A stretch of 64,000 nt of DNA. Source: Candidatus Binatia bacterium. GTDB lineage: Bacteria; Desulfobacterota; Binatia; UBA9968; JAJDTQ01. A program made the position numbers and the translations under genes. The stretch covers positions 2,208,001 to 2,272,000 of the forward strand of contig OY762897.2 of the NCBI GenBank assembly GCA_963666515.2, given 5' to 3'. The notes beneath the pieces are model-generated. The model was not told where the DNA came from. It ran no database searches and worked only from the letters and a program-made list of their open reading frames with translations. Position 1 is the first letter of the stretch, and every line of letters begins with the position of its first letter. Positions 52,183 through 61,910 of this stretch are shown piece after piece.

Positions 52183-54261
52183 CTACCGGGAATTGCGGAC
52201 GATGCGCACGTCCACCGCGGCCACTCCCGCGCCCGCCTCCTTCACCATCAGCGGATTGATCTCCAGGTCGCTCAGGTGCCCCCGGTGCGCGGCGAACAGG
52301 GTGGACAGGCCGGTGATGGCCCGGACCAGGGAGTCGACGTCACGAGGCTTCTGCCCGCGCACGCCTTCGAGGATCCTGTAGCCCTTGAGCTGGCGGAGCA
52401 TGGCCTGCGCGTCCTCGGTGGTGACCGGGACGAGGCGCAGCGCCACGTCCTTCAGCACCTCCACGAAGATACCGCCGAGGCCCACCATGACGAAGGGGCC
52501 GTACTGCGGGTCCACGCGGGCGCCGAGGATGACCTCGGTGCCGCCGACCATCTCCTGCACCAGCAGCTTCGATCCGGCGGGGCCCTTGGCCAACAGTTCC
52601 GTCCCCGCGTGCTCCACCCGTTCCGCCGAATCGAGTCCCAGCACCACGCCGCCCACCTCGGTCTTGTGCACCACCTCCGGCGACTGGAGCTTCAGCACCA
52701 CCGGGAAGCCCATTTCGCCGGCCTGGGCCGCGGCTTCCGCGGGAGTGTCCACCACCGCTTCCCGCGGCGGCGTCAGCCCGTGCGCGGCCAACCGCTGCTG
52801 CCACGCGGGTCCTTCCAGGTCCTCCGCCGTGGCGCCGGCGGGAGGCATTGCCGGTATTCCCAGGCGCCGGCGCTGGCCGTAGGCGCCGAGGCCGTTGAGC
52901 GCCCGCAGGGTTGCCTTGATGCCCTGCAGGTGCGGCACCTCCGAAGCCTCCTGAAAGGCGCGGCTCTCGTCCTGCAGGCTGTACGTGGAGCGCGCGTGCG
53001 CCACGATGGGCTTGTCGATGCTCCGGGAAATGTTCTTCAGCAGGTCGGGATTGCGCTTCTCGCCGAAGCGCGGCAACTCGCCGTGAATCGCCAGCAGGTC
53101 CACGCCGTCGTCCTCGGCGTGGATGCGCACGATCTCGGCGAAGGTGTTCTCGTTGCCGAAGCCGGCCACGCCGCACTCCAGCGGGTTCTCCACCACCAGG
53201 TCGTCGGGGATGAGCGGGCGCAGCGCCTGGTTGGAGACGTCGCTCAGGGTGGCCAACTCGATGCCCACCTCCTCGATGTGGTCCAGCAGGATGCCCTTCA
53301 TGCCGCCGGAGTTGACCACGATGGCGGCGCGTCCGCCCCGGGGGCGCCGGCCCGGCAGGAACGCCAGGGTCATCTCCGTCAGGTCCTCCAGGCTGTGGCA
53401 GCGCACCATGCCGTAGCGGTCGCAGGCCGCGGAGAAGACCTCGTCGTCGCCCGCCAGAGAGCCGGTGTGGGAGATGGCTTGGCGCTTGCCCATCTCCGAG
53501 CGGCCTAGCTTCACCACGATGACGGGCTTGTCGGCCTCCAGCGCACGAGCGGCCATCTCCAGGAACATCTTCGGGCGGCGGATGCCCTCCACCATGAGCA
53601 GGATGATCTTCGTCGCGTCGTCATCGACGAGAAACGACATGTAGTCCACCACGTCCAGGCTCACCTCGTTGCCGCTGGAGATGGCGTAGCTGAAGCCGAC
53701 GCCGCGCTCCGCCGCGCCCTTCATCCAGTTGCCGAGCGAACCGCCGCTCTGGAACACCGCGGCCACGGGACCGGGCCTGAGCAGCGGCTGGCGCTGGGCG
53801 TAGGTCATCATGCGCTGGTTCACCGACGCCGCGCCCATGCAGTTGGGGCCGCAGCAGACGATGCCGCTCTCCTCGCAGAACTCGGCCAGCTCGCGCCCGC
53901 GCTCGTGGCTCTTGGGATCGGTCCCCTCGCCGAAACCCGCGCTGTAGATGGTGGCCGCCTTGACCCCCAGCGGGGCTGCCTGCCTGAGGGTAGGGATCAC
54001 CGCCCGGCTCGGCACCAGCATGAGCAGGTGATCGGGCGGCTCCGGCAACGCCTCCAGGCTCGGGTAGCAGGGCGCGTCCCACAACTCCTCGTAGTTGGGA
54101 TTGATGAGATAGATGTTGCCGGGAAACTCCGCCGCCTTGAGGCTGTGGAAGAGCAGGTTGGGCCAGTTGCCCTTGGGCGAGGCGCCGACGATGGCCACGC
54201 TCCTGGCGTGCAGCAGGTTGGCCGCGGGTAGAATCGTGGTTCTTTCCGTCGTTTCGGTCAT
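52183..54261 (-). CDS. Acetate--CoA ligase family (ADP-forming) acyl-CoA synthetase
   Basis: SVAIVGAS, SAGFGE, GPNCMG, QSGG, SHTGSLAG, VHKTEVGGV, EINPL. Confidence 0.9.
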   Translation of the reverse strand: MTETTERTTILPAANLLHARSVAIVGASPKGNWPNLLFHSLKAAEFPGNIYLINPNYEELWDAPCYPSLEALPEPPDHLLMLVPSRAVIPTLRQAAPLGVKAATIYSAGFGEGTDPKSHERGRELAEFCEESGIVCCGPNCMGAASVNQRMMTYAQRQPLLRPGPVAAVFQSGGSLGNWMKGAAERGVGFSYAISSGNEVSLDVVDYMSFLVDDDATKIILLMVEGIRRPKMFLEMAARALEADKPVIVVKLGRSEMGKRQAISHTGSLAGDDEVFSAACDRYGMVRCHSLEDLTEMTLAFLPGRRPRGGRAAIVVNSGGMKGILLDHIEEVGIELATLSDVSNQALRPLIPDDLVVENPLECGVAGFGNENTFAEIVRIHAEDDGVDLLAIHGELPRFGEKRNPDLLKNISRSIDKPIVAHARSTYSLQDESRAFQEASEVPHLQGIKATLRALNGLGAYGQRRRLGIPAMPPAGATAEDLEGPAWQQRLAAHGLTPPREAVVDTPAEAAAQAGEMGFPVVLKLQSPEVVHKTEVGGVVLGLDSAERVEHAGTELLAKGPAGSKLLVQEMVGGTEVILGARVDPQYGPFVMVGLGGIFVEVLKDVALRLVPVTTEDAQAMLRQLKGYRILEGVRGQKPRDVDSLVRAITGLSTLFAAHRGHLSDLEINPLMVKEAGAGVAAVDVRIVRNSR

Positions 54262-54303
54262 TTCATCTCTTCTTTCCGGAAGCCTGCGTTGAGGTGAACT
54301 CCC

Positions 54304-54329
54304 GTAGGGGCGACCCGCGGTCGCCCCTA
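54304..54329. repeat. GTAG-type REP overlapping the tctB stop codon
   Basis: GTAGGGGCGACCCGCGGTCGCCCCTA. Confidence 0.82.
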
Positions 54330-54842
54330 GAACAGCTCGACGCCCAGGAAGCGGAACAGCTCGCCCTCGTACCACGAGGCGTGAATCACCTGGTCGAATA
54401 CCCCGTACAAAAAGGCGATGGCGCACGCGGTCAGGAACAGCGAAAGGACCCATCCCTCATTCGATCCGACCTTCAGATAGAGGAAGACGAACAGCGGCAA
54501 CGCGATGAGCTGTCCCAGAAGCCATGTGCCCGCGAATATCCCGGCGAGCCACGCGCAGATGATGAATGTCCGTTTCAGTGCCTCGCCGCTACGGAGGTTC
54601 ACATCGAGGTAGAGGTCCGCGGCGCCGCCCGGACCTTCGGGAGCCTTCGCGTCCCCTCCCTTTATCCCGGTCCACAGCGAAAGAACCACGGCGATGATAC
54701 AGCCGGAAACCCCGATAAGCGTGGGGAACAACGCGCTCTTCGCGGGCCACTCCCTGGCCGTGACCACGCCGGCGGCGAACATGACCGCCATGGCGAGTAT
54801 GAACAGGCTTTCAACGTAGTGCTCGCGGATCCGTGGTACCAT
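54327..54842 (-). CDS. tctB: Tripartite tricarboxylate transporter small subunit
   Basis: About four TM segments, FP motif; follows tctA. Confidence 0.78.
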   Translation of the reverse strand: MVPRIREHYVESLFILAMAVMFAAGVVTAREWPAKSALFPTLIGVSGCIIAVVLSLWTGIKGGDAKAPEGPGGAADLYLDVNLRSGEALKRTFIICAWLAGIFAGTWLLGQLIALPLFVFLYLKVGSNEGWVLSLFLTACAIAFLYGVFDQVIHASWYEGELFRFLGVELF

Positions 54843-54843
54843 C

Positions 54844-56328
54844 TCAAGCCTCGCCGGGTTGCTGTCGACGCATCTGAGCCCGCGTCGCGTAGTAAAGCGT
54901 CGCCAGGGTCATCAGGATCAGGATGATGCAGATGGGCCGCTCCCACAACCACACCCAGCCGTAACGGCTGACGCTGATGTCGAGGTAGCGCTCCATGATG
55001 GGACCCAGGACGATGCCCAGGGCGATGGGCGGCCTCGGCCAGCCCCACCGCTTCATGAGATATCCCAGCACACCCAGGCCCATCAGCACGAGCCAGTCGC
55101 CCAGCTCCTGCGTCGCCATCCAGGATCCCATGAAAACCAGCACCAGGATGATCGGAATCAGCACGCTGCCGCGTATGGTAGTGATCTTGGCCAACTGGTT
55201 GGTGCAGCCCATCAGCAGCATCGCGGTCAGGATGTTGGCGATCACCAGCGCCCAGATTACCGAGAAAGTAACGTCGAGCCGTGTGCTGAGGAGTTCGGGA
55301 CCCGGGTAGATCCCGTGGATCAGGAAAGCGCCCAGCAGGATGGCCATGGTGGCGCTGCCGGGAATACCGAAGGCGATGGTCGGGATCAGAGAACCGCCCT
55401 TCATGGCATTGTTGGCGCTCTCCGGGGCGATGACGCCCCGTACCTCACCCTTGCCGAACTCCGCCTCCGGGTCCTTGTTGGACTGGACCGCGTGGCCGTA
55501 GGCCACCCAGTCGACGATACTGGCTCCGAGACCGGGGATGAAGCCGATGTAGGCGCCGATGACCGCGCACCGGAGCGCCAGCCACCAGTTACGAACGGCA
55601 TCGCGCACCCCGTCCAGAAGGCCCTTGCCCATCTCCGGCACCTCCGAGAGGGTGCCCCGGCGTACCGCCAGCTCCACCACCTCGGGAAGCGAGAACAGAC
55701 CCAGCACGCAGGGGACGATGGGAAACCCCTCCAGGAGATACGGCACCCCGAACCAGAAGCGCGGGATGCCGTCCTGTGGCGAATAGCCGATCATGGAAAA
55801 CTGCAGGGCCAGCAGACCCACCAGAATGCCCTTGGCCGGGGCATTGCCGCTCAGGGCGCCCACCATGGCCATGCCCAGGACTCCCAGGAGGAAGAACTCG
55901 GGAGCGCCGAACGAAAGCACCAGGGGGCTCAGGATCGGGATCGACAACACCAGCAGGATGGCGCCGACGACGCCGCCGAAACCCGACACGGTGTAGGCGG
56001 CGCCGAACGCCCGGGCCGCCTCGCCCTTCTTCGCAAGGGGGTAGCCGTCCATGATGGTGGCCTGGGAGCCGGCCGTGCCCGGAACGCCCAGCAGAACCGA
56101 CGATATGGTGTCCGAGGTAGAGGTAATGGCGTACATGCCCATGAGCAAGGCCATGGCCTCGTAGGCCTGGAGGTCGAATGTGAAAGGCAGCAGGATGGCC
56201 ATCCCGGAGAGTCCGGAGAGGCCGGGAACCATGCCGAAGAAGACCCCCAGACTGATGCCCAGCAGCAGATAGCCGAAGGCCGGCCACGCGAGGATACCCT
56301 GAAGTCCCAGTTGGGCTGCTTCTAGCAT
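54844..56328 (-). CDS. tctA: Tripartite tricarboxylate transporter large permease
   Basis: PGTAGSQATIMDGYP, GVIAPESANNA, IPTIAFGIPGS, PGP. Confidence 0.93.
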   Translation of the reverse strand: MLEAAQLGLQGILAWPAFGYLLLGISLGVFFGMVPGLSGLSGMAILLPFTFDLQAYEAMALLMGMYAITSTSDTISSVLLGVPGTAGSQATIMDGYPLAKKGEAARAFGAAYTVSGFGGVVGAILLVLSIPILSPLVLSFGAPEFFLLGVLGMAMVGALSGNAPAKGILVGLLALQFSMIGYSPQDGIPRFWFGVPYLLEGFPIVPCVLGLFSLPEVVELAVRRGTLSEVPEMGKGLLDGVRDAVRNWWLALRCAVIGAYIGFIPGLGASIVDWVAYGHAVQSNKDPEAEFGKGEVRGVIAPESANNAMKGGSLIPTIAFGIPGSATMAILLGAFLIHGIYPGPELLSTRLDVTFSVIWALVIANILTAMLLMGCTNQLAKITTIRGSVLIPIILVLVFMGSWMATQELGDWLVLMGLGVLGYLMKRWGWPRPPIALGIVLGPIMERYLDISVSRYGWVWLWERPICIILILMTLATLYYATRAQMRRQQPGEA

Positions 56329-56418
56329 TGTCGGGGAGAGGTCAAGCCCTTAACACTTGAGGAGATCCCGTTGCCGACCCCATGAGCTTGCGGCCGGCAA
56401 CGGGACACGGTTGATGGC

Positions 56419-57510
56419 CTATTTCTTGGCCGCGAGCTTGCGCCCTTCTTCTATGTAGTCGGCGCGGAACTTCTTCAATTCGGCGCCGGCCGTCTTCCAC
56501 GGCGTCATGGCCTTCTCGATGCCCTTGGCCGTGGTCACCATATCCGGCTCGACTCCGACCGACTTCCTGTACTCGGCCCGGAACCCGGGATCCTTGTTCA
56601 TGGAAGTGAACGCAGCGCGAATCGCGTCCACGGCGGCCTGGGGCACCCCCGGCGGCGCGAGAATCTGGCGGTAGCTGGTGTGGACCTGAAAGAGCTGCCA
56701 TAGCGGCCCGGAAGGTTCCTTGCCCGAAAGCAGCTTGACGAAATCACGCGCGGGCACGCCCGGGGCGATGGCGGGAATCTGCGTGTCACCGCCGTGCCAG
56801 AGGGGAACGGCCGTCCCCTTGTCCACGGCAATGGGCTTCACCCGGGGAATGTAGAACGGCGTGCTGCCGTCGATGTAGTCGAGTTCACCGCGGAGGAACG
56901 CCGAAAGAAGGTCCGCCGACCCCTGGTATCCGGTGACGTACTTGAACTTCACTCCTGCCAACTCGAACAAGGTGCGGAACTTGAGGTCCTTGGCGCTGTC
57001 GGCGCGGAAGCCGCCCACGTTGAAGCTCTTGACGTTCTTGAGGTCTGCCGGCTTCTTGAGCGGCGGGTCGAGGTCCGTCCTCGCCACTCCGACGCTGTAC
57101 ACGGGCGTGAACATGACCGGGATGATCTCCGCCATGTTGGCCCGGAGACCCGCTTTCTTGGGGTCGCCCACGAACCATTCCGTGTAACGGCCGCTGGCGG
57201 TCTGGCAACCCATGATGGTGCCGTTGCGCCGCGCCCGCTCGTAGATCCAGTTCATGGCCAGGTTGCCGCCGCCGCCCGCGCGGTTCTGGATCACGATGGT
57301 GGGGTTGCCCGGGAGGTGCTTCTTCAGATGACGGGCGTAGATCCGGCACTCGATATCCGTGGGTCCGCCCGCCGAGTAGTCGACGATCAGCCTCAGCGTC
57401 TTCCCTTGGTAGAAAGGCTTGTCCGCGGCGGACGCCTGGGCCCCGAGCAAGAGCCCAAACACGAGCACCGCAACAATGAATAGCACGGCTTTCTGTAATG
57501 TGGACTTCAT
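56419..57510 (-). CDS. tctC: Tripartite tricarboxylate transporter substrate-binding protein (Bug/TctC-like)
   Basis: Signal peptide; FYQGKT, YSAGGPTD, QNRAGGGG, APPGVP. Confidence 0.85.
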   Translation of the reverse strand: MKSTLQKAVLFIVAVLVFGLLLGAQASAADKPFYQGKTLRLIVDYSAGGPTDIECRIYARHLKKHLPGNPTIVIQNRAGGGGNLAMNWIYERARRNGTIMGCQTASGRYTEWFVGDPKKAGLRANMAEIIPVMFTPVYSVGVARTDLDPPLKKPADLKNVKSFNVGGFRADSAKDLKFRTLFELAGVKFKYVTGYQGSADLLSAFLRGELDYIDGSTPFYIPRVKPIAVDKGTAVPLWHGGDTQIPAIAPGVPARDFVKLLSGKEPSGPLWQLFQVHTSYRQILAPPGVPQAAVDAIRAAFTSMNKDPGFRAEYRKSVGVEPDMVTTAKGIEKAMTPWKTAGAELKKFRADYIEEGRKLAAKK

Positions 57511-57624
57511 CGTTTGCTCCCTCCTTGGGTCAGTGATTGCCGTCGTCCGGCGTTTTGGGGCGCCGGTCCGGGACCATCCGGGCCGACGCCCCGCCACATG
57601 ACACTCGTCGGTATTCCTCTCGAC

Positions 57625-58461
57625 CTAGGATGCCTTGTTGACCCGGGCCATGGGACCCAGACCCGGCTTGTAGGTCTTGTCGTCGATGAACTGCTTGATC
57701 CCTTCGTCGTAGCCGCTCTCGCGGTCCGACTGCTTGATCCACGCGCCCTTGGCGGCCAGGTAGTCCTCGGCCTGGGAGTAGTCCATGCCGCGCACCAGCT
57801 TGTAGGCCTGCTTGGTGGCCCGCAACGCCCAGGGGTTCTTCTCCATCAGCTTCCTGGCCAGCTTCACGGTCTCGTCCCGGAGCTGGTCCGCCGGCACCGA
57901 GTAGTTCACCAGCCGCATCTCCGCGGCCTTCTTGCCGTCGAACGGGTCGCCGGTCATGGCGTGGTAGAGGCCGTCGCGGAGCGTCATCATGTCCGTGACC
58001 ACCCGGCTCACGAGGCCGCCGGGCAGGATGCCCCAGTTGACCTCGGACAGGCCGAACAGCGCGTCGTCCGACGCGATGGCGAAGTCACAGGCCACCAGCG
58101 GCGTGAAGGCGCCGCCGAAGCAGAAACCGTTGACCATGGCGATGGTGGGCTTGGGAAAGGTGAAGAGCTTGCGCCAGCGCCACTCCTGGCTGCACCAACT
58201 CGCCTGCCGCCGAAGCTGCGGGTTCTTGTCGCCCTCGCGGAAGTATTCCTTGAGGTCCTGGCCGGCGCACCAACTGCTGCCGGCGCCGGTGATGATCATG
58301 ACCTGCGTCTCCGGGTCTCCCTCGCATTCCGTCACCGCGTCATACATGTCGAAGTGGAGCTGCGGGCTCATGGCGTTCCGCTTCTCCGGGCGGTTCAGGA
58401 TGACCCAGGTGATGCCGTCCTCCTTCTCCACCAGGACCGTCTTGTATTCTTTGGTTGCCAT
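57625..58461 (-). CDS. p-Hydroxycinnamoyl-CoA hydratase/lyase, paralog A
   Basis: NRPEKRNAM, AGQDLKEYFRE, FGGAF, LSEVNWGI, EDYL, QFIDDKTYKPGL. Confidence 0.92.
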   Translation of the reverse strand: MATKEYKTVLVEKEDGITWVILNRPEKRNAMSPQLHFDMYDAVTECEGDPETQVMIITGAGSSWCAGQDLKEYFREGDKNPQLRRQASWCSQEWRWRKLFTFPKPTIAMVNGFCFGGAFTPLVACDFAIASDDALFGLSEVNWGILPGGLVSRVVTDMMTLRDGLYHAMTGDPFDGKKAAEMRLVNYSVPADQLRDETVKLARKLMEKNPWALRATKQAYKLVRGMDYSQAEDYLAAKGAWIKQSDRESGYDEGIKQFIDDKTYKPGLGPMARVNKAS

Positions 58462-58509
58462 TAAACGTATACCTCCTTGAAACCTTTCAGGTGATTGAAA
58501 TTTCCGCCA

Positions 58510-58538
58510 ACTCTATGCAGTCGCGCTTGCGGAGTCAA
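58510..58538 (-). promoter_or_regulatory. Internal sigma70-type promoter for paralog A and tctCAB
   Basis: TTGACT-17 bp-TAGAGT; downstream palindrome TGAAA-CC-TTTCA at 58478-58489. Confidence 0.55.
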
Positions 58539-58554
58539 GGCATGAGTCCCGGGG

Positions 58555-59391
58555 TCAGGAATCCTTGTTGACCCGGGCCATGGGGCCCAGGCCCGGCTTG
58601 TAGGTCTTGTCGTCGATGAACTGCTTGATCCCTTCGTCGTAGCCGCTCTCCCGGTCCTGCATCTTGATCTGGGCGCCCTTGGCCGCCAGGTAGTCCTCGG
58701 CCTGGGAGTAGTCCATGCCGCGCACCAGCTTGTACGCCTGCTTGGTGGCCCGCAGCGCCCAGGGGTTCTTCTCCATGAGCTTCTTGGCCAGCTTTACCGT
58801 TTCGTCCCGGAGCTGGTCCGCCGGCACCGCGTAGTTCACGAGCCTCATCTCCGCGGCCTTCCTGCCGTCGAACGGGTCGCCGGTCATGGCATGGTACAGG
58901 CCGTCGCGCAGGCTCAACACGTCGGTGACCACGCGGCTCACGAGGCCGCCGGGCAGGATGCCCCAGTTGACCTCGGACAGGCCGAACAGCGCGTCCTCGG
59001 AGGCGATGGCGAAGTCACAGGCGATCATGGGGCTGAAGGCGCCGCCGAAGCAGAAGCCGTTCACCATGGCGATGGTGGGCTTGGGGAAGGTGAAGAGCTT
59101 GCGCCAGCGCCATTCCTGGCTGGCCCAGCCCACCTGCCGCTGGAACTCGGGGTTCTTGTCGCCCTCGCGGAAGAACTCCTTGAGGTCCATGCCCGCGCAC
59201 CAGCTATTGCCCGCGCCGGTGATGACCAGCACCTGGGTTTCCGGGTCCCCTTCGGCTTCGGTCACCACGTCGTACATGTCGAAGTGGAGCTGCGGGTTCA
59301 TGGCGTTCCGCTTCTCCGGACGGTTGAGGATGGCCCAGGTGATGCCGTCCTCCTTCTCCACCAGCACTGTCTTGTATTCCTTGGTCGCCAT
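58555..59391 (-). CDS. p-Hydroxycinnamoyl-CoA hydratase/lyase, paralog B
   Basis: Same motifs with AGMDLKEFFRE; about 90% identical to paralog A by hand comparison. Confidence 0.92.
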   Translation of the reverse strand: MATKEYKTVLVEKEDGITWAILNRPEKRNAMNPQLHFDMYDVVTEAEGDPETQVLVITGAGNSWCAGMDLKEFFREGDKNPEFQRQVGWASQEWRWRKLFTFPKPTIAMVNGFCFGGAFSPMIACDFAIASEDALFGLSEVNWGILPGGLVSRVVTDVLSLRDGLYHAMTGDPFDGRKAAEMRLVNYAVPADQLRDETVKLAKKLMEKNPWALRATKQAYKLVRGMDYSQAEDYLAAKGAQIKMQDRESGYDEGIKQFIDDKTYKPGLGPMARVNKDS

Positions 59392-59442
59392 TGGCGTGTG
59401 CCTCCTTGAGTCGTTCGGGCTCGCCTGCGTTGCAGGCGGTTC

Positions 59443-60183
59443 TTACCCCTTAAGGTGCCTGCCCAGGAACGCCAGGGTCTTGGGCCAGATGTCTTTGGCG
59501 GACGCCTCGTGGTAGCTCGGGCGGTCGTCGCAGAAGAACGCGTGGCCCGCGTCCTCGTACAGATGCCACTCGTAGTCCACGTTGTTGGCCTTGAGCGTCC
59601 CCTCGATGGCGTCCCGCGCCTCCTGGGGAATGCCCTGGTCCTGCCCGCCCCACACGCACTGCATGGGTATCTTGATGTTGTTTCCCTGGGTCACGGGCTC
59701 CACCGGGCTCTTCTCGCCCCGCTGGCCGCCGGCGATCTGGCCGCCGTAGTACAGGCTGCTGGCCGCCAGGCCCGGGCAGTTGCACGCCGCCATCCACGAC
59801 ACCCTGCCGCCGAAGCAGTAGCCGATGATTCCCACCTTGTCCGGGTCCACGTCGTCGCGGCCCTTGGCGTAGGCGATGGCGCGGTTCAGGTCCTCGATGA
59901 CCTTGGTGTCGTAGAGGGTGCCGCGGGCGGCGAAGGCGCCGTCGCGGTCGGTGTTGGGGATGACCCGTTCATCCAGCCGGTAGTAGAGATCCGGTGAAAT
60001 GGCCACGTAGCCCTCGTTGGCGAAGCGGTCGGTCACGTCCTTCATGTGGGCGTTCACGCCGAAGATCTCCATGATCACCAGCAGCGCCGGCTTCCTGCCG
60101 TCGCCGTCCGGCGCGGCCACGTAAAGGCCCATGGACTTGCCGTCTTCGGCGGCAATATCCACCGTAGCGGTATTGATGCTCAT
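59443..60183 (-). CDS. Dienelactone hydrolase family protein
   Basis: EIFGVN, GYCFGG, AGHAF. Confidence 0.92.
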   Translation of the reverse strand: MSINTATVDIAAEDGKSMGLYVAAPDGDGRKPALLVIMEIFGVNAHMKDVTDRFANEGYVAISPDLYYRLDERVIPNTDRDGAFAARGTLYDTKVIEDLNRAIAYAKGRDDVDPDKVGIIGYCFGGRVSWMAACNCPGLAASSLYYGGQIAGGQRGEKSPVEPVTQGNNIKIPMQCVWGGQDQGIPQEARDAIEGTLKANNVDYEWHLYEDAGHAFFCDDRPSYHEASAKDIWPKTLAFLGRHLKG

Positions 60184-60437
60184 CGCGTTCCTCCTGTTGG
60201 GTTCCTTTCGGATAAACGAAAGTCTTCACTCTGATCTTTCTCGATGGCAGACGGCCTTTCCTTCTCAGCCTGTTTGCCAACCGAAACGCTGCGTTGTGGC
60301 CATATGAATTCCGGTGCGGCTGGGCGTTTTTTGATTCGGGACTTGGGGTCAGGATTTATGCCGCCCTTTTGAACATAACTCCCAATATGACGGCGGCCCG
60401 TCGGACGCTTGGTCGAGTTTTCCGGTCTGTCTGCCAT
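60180..60437 (-). CDS. Small hypothetical hydrophilic protein
   Basis: GGAG RBS; KGGINPDP..RPAAP; ATGA overlap with the downstream gene. Confidence 0.45.
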   Translation of the reverse strand: MADRPENSTKRPTGRRHIGSYVQKGGINPDPKSRIKKRPAAPEFIWPQRSVSVGKQAEKERPSAIEKDQSEDFRLSERNPTGGTR

Positions 60438-60446
60438 GCCGTACTC

Positions 60447-61082
60447 CTATTCTTCGTCGCCTTGTTCCTGTGAGGGAAACTCGATGTGAATATCCGCCTT
60501 GTCTCGCGCGATATAAAGCCACGGCACCTCGGTCTTGCTATCTGTTTCATAGTATACGATGGCGTCTCTCAGCAAGATTTCCCGTAGCTTTTCCGTCTCC
60601 GAAAACGCGCTCACCCAGCCAGCGTATATGATTCTCTTGTCGAAATCCCGAACGTGAACATACTCGGTTTCCACCTCATGCGAGTTGAATGTCAGGTCCC
60701 AAACGTCCTCGTTTCCATATTTCCTCGTTGCTCGGATTTTATGCAGAAGCCGTGTCAGCCACTTGTACGTGTTTGCGTATAGCCAAACCACAGCCAAGAA
60801 AAAAGAGACCGGAATGGAAGTCAATATTTCGTCAAAGAAATCCGTTGTCAAAAATTTCGTTGAAGCTGAACCACTGATCTCCGGGATGGAAAAGTCACCT
60901 CCGCACACTCGATAAACGAGATAGACTCCCAGGTACGTCACCAGACCGAACATAAAAGCCCGAACAAGAAACTCGGCCGGTCCGGGCTTTTCTTTCAATG
61001 CGTATCGCGCGTCGAGTTGGGCCCAAATCAGGCCCGGAAGAAACACGATAGCAAGTTGAAACAGTAGACCGTCGATCTTCAT
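60447..61082 (-). CDS. Low-GC membrane protein (DUF6338-like)
   Basis: FLPG, three TM segments, DVWD, YAGWVSAFS, LLRDA, LYI. Confidence 0.72.
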   Translation of the reverse strand: MKIDGLLFQLAIVFLPGLIWAQLDARYALKEKPGPAEFLVRAFMFGLVTYLGVYLVYRVCGGDFSIPEISGSASTKFLTTDFFDEILTSIPVSFFLAVVWLYANTYKWLTRLLHKIRATRKYGNEDVWDLTFNSHEVETEYVHVRDFDKRIIYAGWVSAFSETEKLREILLRDAIVYYETDSKTEVPWLYIARDKADIHIEFPSQEQGDEE

Positions 61083-61099
61083 TCCTCAAACCCTGTGCC

Positions 61100-61128
61100 A
61101 CTATACCAAGGGACAACACCTCCAGCAA
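61100..61128 (-). promoter_or_regulatory. Sigma70-type promoter with extended -10
   Basis: TTGCTG-17 bp-TATAGT, with TGG immediately before the -10. Confidence 0.5.
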
Positions 61129-61297
61129 ATCTGCTCATCCTCTCATTGGATTCCCTCCCCTCCTTGGACCCGGCACTCACTGAACAAGACTCCGGTTTGC
61201 TCCCGTTCCGCGATGTGCTAGAAACCCGTTGGCCGACACCCAAGGTCCCGATGCCGTCGAGCGGGTGCTCTGAGCGAGACCGGGGAATACCGATACC

Positions 61298-61894
61298 ATG
61301 CAAATCTGCTGCCTGGACCTGGAGGGCGTCCTCCTGCCGGAAATCTGGATCGCGGTCGCCGACCACTTCCACAACGACGACCTCAGGCTGACCACGCGGG
61401 ACATCTCCGACTACGACCAGCTCATGCAGTACCGGCTGAAGATCCTGCGGAAGAACCGCATCCGGCTGGCGGACATCCAGGGCGTCATCGAAGGCATGAA
61501 GCCGCTGCCCGGGGCCAAGGCTTTCCTGGACGACCTCCGGCGGCATTTTCCGGTGGTGGTGCTGCTGTCGGACACCTACTACGAATTCGCCATGCCGCTG
61601 ATCCGCAAGCTGGGAAATCCGACGCTCCTGTGCAACTGGCTCACGGTGAGCCGGTCGGGGTACATCGAAAACTACGTCCTCCGCCAGAAGGACGGCAAGC
61701 GCAAGGCCGTGAGGGCATTCAAGCAGATCGGCTTTGGCGTGGTGGCGGCGGGGGATTCCTACAACGACCTGAGCATGCTGCGCACCGCCGACCGCGGCGT
61801 GCTGTTCAACCCGCCGGAGGCCATCGCCAAGCGCTACCCGGCTTTTCCGGTTTCACGCGACTACGCGACGCTGTCGCGGTTGCTGAAACAGTAG
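61298..61894 (+). CDS. thrH: Phosphoserine phosphatase / homoserine phosphotransferase
   Basis: CLDLEGVLLPEIW, TTRDISDYDQLM, LSDT, AAGDSYNDLSML. Confidence 0.93.
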   Translation: MQICCLDLEGVLLPEIWIAVADHFHNDDLRLTTRDISDYDQLMQYRLKILRKNRIRLADIQGVIEGMKPLPGAKAFLDDLRRHFPVVVLLSDTYYEFAMPLIRKLGNPTLLCNWLTVSRSGYIENYVLRQKDGKRKAVRAFKQIGFGVVAAGDSYNDLSMLRTADRGVLFNPPEAIAKRYPAFPVSRDYATLSRLLKQ

Positions 61895-61910
61895 CAGAGC
61901 TTTCGCCGGC

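Noticed and set aside
56367-56404. GC hairpins after tctC, and at about 39954-39977 and 57557-57591
   Set aside because: No U-tract or conserved motif; probably ordinary mRNA stem-loops.
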